Shown here one piece after another: positions 18,491-25,274 of a stretch of 25,274 bases of DNA. Numbering within the stretch: position 1 is the first letter of the stretch; every line of letters starts with the position of its first letter. The notes under the pieces are model-generated. The model ran no database searches, was not told the DNA's origin, and worked only from the letters and a program-made list of their open reading frames with translations. Origin of the DNA: Bacillota bacterium. GTDB lineage: Bacteria > Bacillota > UBA4882 > UBA8346. The stretch lies in the NCBI GenBank assembly GCA_050115405.1, contig JASFQO010000001.1, positions 1-25,274 of the forward strand, read 5' to 3'. The position numbers and the translations under genes are program-made.

Positions 18491-19720
18491 ATGGTGTATT
18501 ACCGACGTAACTTGCTGGTGTTATCGTTAACTTCTTTTTTAGCCGCCTGCGGATTGAATCAGGTAGTACCGTTTTTGCCCTTGTTTATTAAGGAGTTGGG
18601 AGTCAAAAGCGGGGTGGCCTTTTGGACGGGAGTGACGCTGGCGGCGCAAACGGTCGCGATGATTGTGATGCTGCCATATTGGGGCAAATTGGCTGATAAA
18701 TACGGACGCAAATTAATGATCATCCGGGCCGGGATTTGCGCAGCCTTAATTTACTTGGGGATGAGCTATTGCTGGACATTATGGCAGTTGTTGCTGCTGC
18801 GGCTATTGAACGGCGGGTTGACCGGATTTATTCCGGCTTCGATTACCCTGATCGGCACTAACACTCCACAACCCGAAGCCGTCCGTTCAGTGGCGATCGT
18901 CCAGTCGGCGGTGGCTTGCGGCGTAATTGCCGGGCCTGCGCTGGGCGGCATCCTGGCGAATTGGGTGGGTTACCGCGGTTCGATGTTAGCCTCCGGAATT
19001 ATGTTGAGTGTGGGAGTACTGCTAGTCGTTTTGTTGGTTGAAGAACGGCAAAAAGTGACCGACGTTGCCAAATCGACCTCATTGTGGCAGGATTTCCGGT
19101 TGGCCTTGAAAAAACCGGTGTTGGTGATGGCATTGTGTTCCGATATGACCTATGGCTTTTTGGCGGTAGCCAGCCAACCAATCTTAATCTTGTATATTCA
19201 GGAGTTGACCGGTCCCCGGGCCAATCTGTTTGCCGGGCCAATTTTCGCCTTACCTGGTCTGGCGATCGTTTTGACTAATTATCGCTGGTGTCGTCTGGGC
19301 GAGCGGCATACCTTTCTAAGGATCATTCTGTTGGGCTTGTCTGGGGCGTCGCTCTTCATCGTGTTGCAGGGGTTGGTCAGGAATATTTGGTGGTTCGCCG
19401 CCGTTTATTTCCTGGCGGGAATCTTGGCGGCGGCGATCAGCCCGAATACCGCTGGGCTGATCGCCACCAAGGTGGAAGCGGATTTTCAGGGCAGGGCTTT
19501 TTCGATGCAGCAAAGTTCCCGGAGTTTGGGGTATTTTTTCGCCCCGTTGCTGGCTGGTTCCCTTGGAAGTATCTTCCCATTGCAGGGGGTGTTTATTGTG
19601 GTAGGCTTTTTGGGGCTGACCGCTGCGCTCGCAATCCAAATGCAGGTACGCGCCTGCCGGTATAGTGAGGCGGGGCTAAGGGCTGGTAGGATTGTGGTAG
19701 CCAACCCCAATAAGCCGTAA
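18491..19720 (+). CDS. MFS transporter, DHA1/MdtG-like
   Basis: About 12 hydrophobic segments, VVPFLPLFIKELG, motif A WGKLADKYGRKLMIIRA, RLLNGGLTGFIP, GPALGG. GGAG at 18477-18480 supports a start at 18488 or 18491. The track's 18278 extension is probably non-coding. Confidence 0.9.
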   Translation: MVYYRRNLLVLSLTSFLAACGLNQVVPFLPLFIKELGVKSGVAFWTGVTLAAQTVAMIVMLPYWGKLADKYGRKLMIIRAGICAALIYLGMSYCWTLWQLLLLRLLNGGLTGFIPASITLIGTNTPQPEAVRSVAIVQSAVACGVIAGPALGGILANWVGYRGSMLASGIMLSVGVLLVVLLVEERQKVTDVAKSTSLWQDFRLALKKPVLVMALCSDMTYGFLAVASQPILILYIQELTGPRANLFAGPIFALPGLAIVLTNYRWCRLGERHTFLRIILLGLSGASLFIVLQGLVRNIWWFAAVYFLAGILAAAISPNTAGLIATKVEADFQGRAFSMQQSSRSLGYFFAPLLAGSLGSIFPLQGVFIVVGFLGLTAALAIQMQVRACRYSEAGLRAGRIVVANPNKP

Positions 19721-19814
19721 ATTACATTTTTCCTTCAACGAAAAGTTACCCCGACCCAACAGGAACTTTCTTATTTTCACCGAATAACATACAGATAGCA
19801 TTTAAGTCAACCAC

Positions 19815-19851
19815 AACCACGCGAAAAATACGATGCCGTGGTTCTTTTTTT
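19815..19851 (+). terminator. Probable terminator after the MFS gene; alternatively a regulator site upstream of mocR
   Basis: AACCACG (19815-19821)...CGTGGTT (19837-19843), then CTTTTTTT. Confidence 0.45.
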
Positions 19852-19893
19852 CGGCCCGCGTTTGTGGCAAAATAGGTTTAAGAGGTAATCGGG

Positions 19894-21354
19894 ATGTTTA
19901 ATGACTTTCACTTGGAACCCCGGCGTCCGGCTTATTTGCAGTTGAAAGACTATTTGAAAGCCGCAATTTTGAAGGGCGTTTGGCAGGCCGGAGTCCGACT
20001 GCCGGCCACCCGCGAACTGGCGGCGATTTTAAAAGTCAGCCGCAATACGGTGATTCAGGCTTATCAATTTTTGGAAGACGACGGTTTCATTTATACGGTC
20101 AAAGGGCAGGGCGCGTTTGTCGCCGAGGTGGCTGCCGCGCAATCACCGAACGCAGGTCTCCAACTGGATTGGGACGCGCAGGTCAATGATTATGCCCGTC
20201 AGGCGGTGCGGTACGATATTGAAAAAAACGAATTGAAATGGGAAAAAGGAATGCTCTCCTTTAAGAGCATCGCCCCGGACCCGGAACTGTTTGAAGTGGA
20301 AGAGTTTAAACGAGCCTTTTTAAACCGGATGGCCCTGGAAGGTCCAAAATTGTTAAATTACGGTTATGCCAAAGGTTACCGGAACTTATGCGACTATTTA
20401 GCCGGTTACATGCGGCATAAAGGGGTCAATCCCGATGGCAAAGAAGTGTTGATTACCAATGGCTTTACCGAAGGGTTGCAACTGGTTCTGGCCGCTCTTA
20501 CCCGGCCCGGCGATCGGGTGGTGACCGAAAACCCTACTCACAATACAGCGCTGAAGATCATGCGGTTAGCGGGGCTGGAAATTAGGGGGATTACCCTGCG
20601 CCATGACGGACTGGATTGGGAAGAATTGGAGGCTTGTTTGAGCCGGGCGTCGGTTAGCTGCGGCTTTTTGATCCCCTCTTATCATAATCCCACCGGATTG
20701 GTGATGACCGCCCAACAGCGTCAGGTGGTTTTGCAAATTTTCTCCCGCTATCGGGTACCTGTACTTGAAGACGGTTTTAATGAAGAGTTGCGTTACTCCG
20801 GGGCCCATCTGGCGCCGTTAATGGCTTTGGCGGGCACTGGTAATCAAGTGATTTATCTTGGTAGTTTCGCCAAAATTCTCTTTCCCGGATTGCGGATTGG
20901 CTGGGTCATGGCGGACCGGGCTTTGATCGCGTATCTGGAAAGTATCAAACGCAGTTATAATATTCACACTTCATTTTTGGACCAGGCTGTCTTCTTTGAG
21001 TATCTGCAAAGCGGCAATTTTGAACGCTATCTCAAAAAAGCCCGCCGCGTTTATAAAGAACGCCACCAAGCCGCGGTCCGTCTGGCGACTGAATACATTC
21101 CGGCGCAGCGGATTTGGGGTGAGGGCGGTTTGCATATTTTTGTAGAATTGGAGCTCCGCTTGGAGGCCCGCGCCATTTTGGCCGAATGTTACCGCAGGGG
21201 AGTAGTCTTTATGCCCGGCGATATCTTTTATACGGACGGTCGGGGCCGCAATACCTTTCGTCTGGGAATTTCCCGGGTAACCCCGGAACAGATGGCGGCC
21301 GGCTTTCAAATTATCGGGGCGGTAATTAATGAATTTTCGAGGAGGAAACAATAA
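19894..21354 (+). CDS. MocR/GabR-family GntR regulator with PLP-dependent aminotransferase-like domain
   Basis: wHTH RLPATRELAAILKVSRNTVIQAY...GQGAFV, then IPSYHNPTG, VLEDG and YLGSFAKILFPGLRIGW (PLP Lys). AGAGGT RBS. Confidence 0.93.
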   Translation: MFNDFHLEPRRPAYLQLKDYLKAAILKGVWQAGVRLPATRELAAILKVSRNTVIQAYQFLEDDGFIYTVKGQGAFVAEVAAAQSPNAGLQLDWDAQVNDYARQAVRYDIEKNELKWEKGMLSFKSIAPDPELFEVEEFKRAFLNRMALEGPKLLNYGYAKGYRNLCDYLAGYMRHKGVNPDGKEVLITNGFTEGLQLVLAALTRPGDRVVTENPTHNTALKIMRLAGLEIRGITLRHDGLDWEELEACLSRASVSCGFLIPSYHNPTGLVMTAQQRQVVLQIFSRYRVPVLEDGFNEELRYSGAHLAPLMALAGTGNQVIYLGSFAKILFPGLRIGWVMADRALIAYLESIKRSYNIHTSFLDQAVFFEYLQSGNFERYLKKARRVYKERHQAAVRLATEYIPAQRIWGEGGLHIFVELELRLEARAILAECYRRGVVFMPGDIFYTDGRGRNTFRLGISRVTPEQMAAGFQIIGAVINEFSRRKQ

Positions 21355-22595
21355 TGCGTAGTTTTTCCAAGTCCAGTAAGCTCGACCATGTCTGTTACGA
21401 TATCCGCGGCCCGGTTTTAGATGAAGCGCAGCGCATGGAGCAAGCCGGCGAGCAGATTTTAAAATTAAATATCGGCAATCCGGCGCGATTCGGTTTCGCC
21501 GTTCCCGCCGATATCGTCAGGGAAATCACCACCAATCTGTACCAGGCCCACGGTTATACGAATTCCAAGGGAATCAGCACGGCGCGCCAGGCAATTGTCA
21601 CTTACCATCAAAGCAAGGGTCTCTCCGGACTGGATATCAATGATGTTTATATCGGCAATGGAGTCAGCGAATTGATCGAGATGACCATGAAGGGTCTGTT
21701 AAACAATGGCGATGAAATCTTAATTCCGGCGCCGGACTATCCGTTATGGACAGCCGCGGTAAATCTGGCCGGCGGGACCGCCGTCCATTATCGTTGTGAC
21801 GAACAAGCGGATTGGACCCCCGATCTGCGGGATATGGAACGGAAGATTACCTCCCGGACCAAAGGGATCGTAGTGATTAACCCCAATAATCCGACCGGAG
21901 CGGTTTATGGGCCGGAAGTGCTGCGAAAGATCATCGCCCTAGCCGTCACGCATAGCCTGATCCTGTTCGCCGATGAGATTTACGATAATATTTTATATGA
22001 TGGAATCAAGCATGTTTCCGTCGCCGCCTTGACTGCTGAAGTTCCCTGCCTAACCTTTAACGGTTTATCCAAGTCGCATCGGATTGCCGGTTTCCGCGCC
22101 GGCTGGGTAGTGGTAAGCGGCAACAAAGCAATGGCGCGCGGCTATATCGAAGGTTTAAACATGTTGTCTTCAATGCGTTTATGCAGTAATGTCCCGGCGC
22201 AGTACGCCATTGCTACCGCCTTGAATAGTTTTGACAGCATTCACCGGTTAACCTTACCGGGAGGACGGCTTTACGAGCAACGGGAATACGCTTGGCGCCG
22301 CCTGAATGAAATTCCCGGACTGTCCTGCGTGAAACCCCAAGGGGCTTTATATCTCTTTCCCAAACTGGATGCCGCGCGTTTTAACGTCAAAGACGACCAA
22401 CAATTTATTCTTGATCTGCTCCGCAGTGAGAAAGTCCTATTGGTGCAGGGGACCGGTTTTAATTGGCCGGAACCGAATCATTTCCGGATTGTCTTTTTAC
22501 CGGATTTGAAAATACTCCAGCATGCCTTCATGCGGATTGAGCGCTTTTTAGCCGGATATCGCCAGGCGGACGCCCCGGTACTGGCGGAGGCTTAA
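21354..22595 (+). CDS. alaA: Class I PLP aminotransferase, AlaA/YfbQ-type glutamate-pyruvate transaminase
   Basis: KSSKLDHVCYDIRGPVL, LKLNIGNPA, IGNGVSELI, PAPDYPLWTAAV, NPNNPTGAVY, ADEIYD, FNGLSK (PLP Lys), GGRLYEQR, KVLLVQGTGFNWP. Closely follows the E. coli AlaA sequence as recalled. TAATG overlap with mocR. Confidence 0.88.
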   Translation: MRSFSKSSKLDHVCYDIRGPVLDEAQRMEQAGEQILKLNIGNPARFGFAVPADIVREITTNLYQAHGYTNSKGISTARQAIVTYHQSKGLSGLDINDVYIGNGVSELIEMTMKGLLNNGDEILIPAPDYPLWTAAVNLAGGTAVHYRCDEQADWTPDLRDMERKITSRTKGIVVINPNNPTGAVYGPEVLRKIIALAVTHSLILFADEIYDNILYDGIKHVSVAALTAEVPCLTFNGLSKSHRIAGFRAGWVVVSGNKAMARGYIEGLNMLSSMRLCSNVPAQYAIATALNSFDSIHRLTLPGGRLYEQREYAWRRLNEIPGLSCVKPQGALYLFPKLDAARFNVKDDQQFILDLLRSEKVLLVQGTGFNWPEPNHFRIVFLPDLKILQHAFMRIERFLAGYRQADAPVLAEA

Positions 22596-22596
22596 A

Positions 22597-22912
22597 GGGG
22601 CCCTACCAACAAAATGCGGATTTCGTACGCATCCAATCAAACTTTAATGTAAACCAATGTTTTTTTCCTCCTCTTTATATTGAACTTACCCAGAGTATAA
22701 ACTATAAAGCCATAGACAGGTCAATTTATTTCAAGGAAGGATAGGGGAAGTATTCAACAAACAATCCAGATGTATTTTGGGAACCAATCACTAAAACCGA
22801 GATCTTGTTTTAGCTTATAAAAAAACCGTCAATCCTTAGCATATAGGATTACGGCTTTTTTCACCTCTATAACTCCTTAGCATATGAAATCCGCATTTTG
22901 TTTTGAGACCCC
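22597..22912. mobile_element. 316-bp non-autonomous Tn3-family-like MITE
   Basis: Starts GGGG and ends CCCC. Imperfect terminal inverted repeats with a 17-bp perfect core AACAAAATGCGGATTTC (22608-22624 / 22886-22902). Flanking 5-bp direct repeat TTAAA (22592-22596 / 22913-22917). The right IR is 37 bp and ends in TGCTAAG. No transposase. Confidence 0.8.
22819..22861. terminator. Bidirectional terminator-like hairpin inside the MITE
   Basis: A-tract, CCGT-c-AATCCT, loop TAGCATAT, AGGATT-ACGG, then CTTTTTT. Confidence 0.6.
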
Positions 22913-22914
22913 TT

Positions 22915-22955
22915 AAAGAAAATCCGCGCCGTCCGGCGCCGTCTCGGCCCGGATT
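22915..22955 (-). terminator. GC-rich terminator for the SGNH-CBM2 gene
   Basis: AATCCGcGCCG (22921-22931) / CGGCcCGGATT (22945-22955), 10/11 match. TTCTTT follows on the minus strand. Confidence 0.6.
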
Positions 22956-23016
22956 CAGCTATTAACTTCCGGTTATTGAAGGGGGATGTCACAAAAGTGA
23001 CAGGAGGATTTTACCC

Positions 23017-24603
23017 CTACCACTCAACCTCGCAAGTTGTCCCGTTTAAGATAAAACCGGTTGGTTTGGCGTTAGCCCCGCCATAACTGATATTAAATCC
23101 GAAATTCACCGCACCGCCGGCGGGAATCACCCCATTATAAGACATGTTTTGGACAGTAACGGCAGTACCGTTTTGCGTATAACTGCCGCACCACATATTG
23201 ACGATTTTTTGGCCGCCGGGGAAAGTCCACTCCAAAGACCACCCGTCAATGGCGGCGGGACTATTGTTTTTAATCGTAATCGTAACCGTCGCGCCGTCGC
23301 CCCAGTCATTTTGGGCGTAGGTAACCGTATATTGAGCACTGCTGCTTGAGGTGGGCGCCGCTGAGGGCGCAAGCGACGCTGTGCCTGTAGCCGTAGGGGA
23401 GGCCGTGACTACCGGCGAGAGGGTAGGTGTCGGGGTAATGGTTGCGGTTGAATTGATACTACTGCTGACAAAAGGAGAAGTTGTCGCCGTCCCGCTATAA
23501 ACCGTTGCCAACATCGTATCCGCCCAAATTTGCCGCAGGGCCGCATAACCTTCCGTATTGGGATGGACGCCGTCGGAACTTAGGTAACCGGGATTATTGT
23601 GAAAGAAACTCCAGAGGTCCGGCCCTGGGACGATTTCCGGATATGCTTCGTAAAGGGCGATGATTTGACGGTTATAATCGGGTACATAACTGTTGATAGC
23701 GGTTAAACTCGACCAGGGGATGGTCGGGATCACCGGAATTTTCCCGGCGGTCAATACTGCTTTAACCATTGTTTCCAAATTTTTACCAAAATTGGTTGCT
23801 CCGGTCTGATTGCCCCACGCATCGTTGGTCCCGAAGGAAATCCCCACGTATTTACCTGGGAAGACGCTGAGCCATTGCTCGATATATTGGGCCCCCTGGA
23901 TGCTGAAAATTCCACCAATCCCGCCGCATTCGGCTACCGGAAAATAGTTGGGTTTGGCTTTATTGACTAGTTGCGCGAAGCTATTATCACCATTTGCCAC
24001 CATCCCTCCGGCGGTGATCGAGTCGCCGTAAAAGATCCAGTCATCCTCTGCTCCCCGGCCGGCATTATGAATGTCCAGATTAATACTGACGCCGCTGGTG
24101 TCGCTGGAACCATTGGCTTCGGAAATGTTCAGCCGGACCCAATTGTAACCCGCCAAATTAATGAAATGTTGCCGTGAATGATAATTGTTTCCGGTGACTG
24201 CGGCTAAAGTAACCCAGCCGGAAGTTGGCGCGCTATTGCTACCGGCGGCGCTGTTTCCTTCTATTATATAAGACTTGACAATACCGTAAGCCCAGTTGTT
24301 TTTGACCGTAAAGTCGTAATCATAAGTATCGGGATTATACCAGACGACGATGACCTGACTCCGCTCGGCAGCCGGGACATCCGACAAATCATAGGCGATC
24401 CAGCCGGGGACTGCGCCCCGCCAGGTGGTCCCGTAATTACTGTCATTAGCTCCGGAGGCGACGCCAGCTGAAACAAAAACCGGGCAATTCCGGCTGATGA
24501 CTGGCATGGCCGGCGGCGCTGCCACCAAAATCCCAAAACCGATTAAGCAGGTGACGGCAATGGTAAAAATGATTATCCCGCGAAGTTTGAATAATAAATG
24601 CAA
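23017..24603 (-). CDS. Secreted SGNH/GDSL hydrolase with N-terminal beta-sandwich domain, S/T/P linker and C-terminal CBM2
   Basis: Signal-peptide-like N-terminus. SGNH blocks FYGDSITAG, GIGG, FGTNDA and DGVHPN. Linker TATITPTPTLSPVVTASPTATG. CBM2 NDWGDG...GWSLEWTF...NMW...YNGVIPAGG..FGF...NGTTC. AAGGAGGA RBS lies 7 nt before TTG 24603. Confidence 0.9.
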   Translation of the reverse strand: MHLLFKLRGIIIFTIAVTCLIGFGILVAAPPAMPVISRNCPVFVSAGVASGANDSNYGTTWRGAVPGWIAYDLSDVPAAERSQVIVVWYNPDTYDYDFTVKNNWAYGIVKSYIIEGNSAAGSNSAPTSGWVTLAAVTGNNYHSRQHFINLAGYNWVRLNISEANGSSDTSGVSINLDIHNAGRGAEDDWIFYGDSITAGGMVANGDNSFAQLVNKAKPNYFPVAECGGIGGIFSIQGAQYIEQWLSVFPGKYVGISFGTNDAWGNQTGATNFGKNLETMVKAVLTAGKIPVIPTIPWSSLTAINSYVPDYNRQIIALYEAYPEIVPGPDLWSFFHNNPGYLSSDGVHPNTEGYAALRQIWADTMLATVYSGTATTSPFVSSSINSTATITPTPTLSPVVTASPTATGTASLAPSAAPTSSSSAQYTVTYAQNDWGDGATVTITIKNNSPAAIDGWSLEWTFPGGQKIVNMWCGSYTQNGTAVTVQNMSYNGVIPAGGAVNFGFNISYGGANAKPTGFILNGTTCEVEW

Positions 24604-24763
24604 AATCTGTTCCTCCTTATGGCTGAGTTATTGTTAATAAATGGAATCAATTTACAATTACATTATAACATCTCTCAAACAGTTTTTATAGCATTTGATT
24701 TCCATTTTTTTACTTTTATAATTACGCCACATGTGACATAAAATGCGCTGTGAGGTGATCGAA

Positions 24764-25012
24764 GTGCGAGTGATACGGGAAAGCGAATTTGAAGGTAAAG
24801 AGGTCATCGAATTAACCAGTGGGGAACGGTTGGGAATCATTAAAGACAGTGAGTTGCTTTTAAACTTAAATACCGGCAATGTGGAGGCTTTGATTTTGAA
24901 ACAGCAATCCTTTGGCGGGTTTGGCAAGGCGGAACGCCAGGTTGCCTGGTCTAAAATTCGGAAAATCAGCGCCGAATTGATCATTATTGAGGAACCGGCG
25001 CCAAGCGACTAA
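24764..25012 (+). CDS. YlmC/YmxH family sporulation PRC-barrel protein
   Basis: SEFEGKEVIELTSGERLGII.D.EL....G.VEALIL...VAWSKIRKIS.ELIII. GAGGTG RBS lies 6 nt before GTG 24764. Confidence 0.85.
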   Translation: MRVIRESEFEGKEVIELTSGERLGIIKDSELLLNLNTGNVEALILKQQSFGGFGKAERQVAWSKIRKISAELIIIEEPAPSD

Positions 25013-25274
25013 AGGGTGACTCGTCAAGATTTGTGACTATAGATTAACAGGTTTTCCCGAAGGACGAGCGAAAAACGGCACTTGGCGTACGCTATCATTT
25101 ATTATTTTAAAATCATCTTTAGCCGGTTTCCCGGTACCCGAGAGTCGGCGCCATCACCCAGTAAAGCGATTTCTAAATAATTTAGGAATCGATATACCCA
25201 GACGCGCCGATGGATTTTGCCGGATTGGCTGAGCTTAAAATCTCGACATTCGCGTCGTCAAAAGTCGTGCAGTG

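Noticed and set aside
5700-22956. Recurrent CCCGG(G)AT(T)C-like motif near 5706, 18054 and 22948
   Set aside because: Too short and GC-rich to distinguish from chance; the flanks do not align.
24716-24744. Possible SigE promoter (ATAATT...CATAAAAT) before the ylmC/ymxH gene
   Set aside because: The -10 element fits, but the -35 element and spacing are poor. It cannot be supported without TSS data.
25182-25274. Open frame on the minus strand entering from the window edge (HCTTFDDANVEILSSANPAKSIGASGYIDS-stop)
   Set aside because: It could be a gene's 3' end, but 30 codons have no recognisable motif, and a plus-strand frame is also open.
1-25274. CRISPR arrays, tRNA/rRNA, transposase or integrase genes, known riboswitches
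   Set aside because: No regularly spaced repeats, cloverleaf or rRNA signatures, DDE/recombinase motifs or recognisable aptamer consensus were seen by eye.

Overview
Chromosomal, mostly housekeeping and accessory window. It is probably from an anaerobic spore-forming Bacillota (inferred from AAGGAGG RBSs, a DUF378 gene and a YlmC/YmxH gene). In order it contains: an agmatine deiminase interrupted by an in-frame TAG; a DUF378 protein; an AT-rich orphan signalling pair (Rcp1-like response regulator plus REC-PAS-GGDEF-EAL); menG/ubiE; a PrcA-like S8 protease; a C_GCAxxG_C_C protein; prfC; a CBS-pair protein; an alpha-2-macroglobulin plus pbpC pair; an MdtG-like MFS transporter; a MocR regulator translationally coupled to alaA; a 316-bp Tn3-like MITE with a 5-bp target duplication; a secreted SGNH esterase with a CBM2; and a YlmC/YmxH PRC-barrel protein. 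No rRNA, tRNA, CRISPR array or transposase was seen. All family calls come from recognising motifs by eye. No database searches were run. Several starts were moved from the ORF track to RBS-supported codons.
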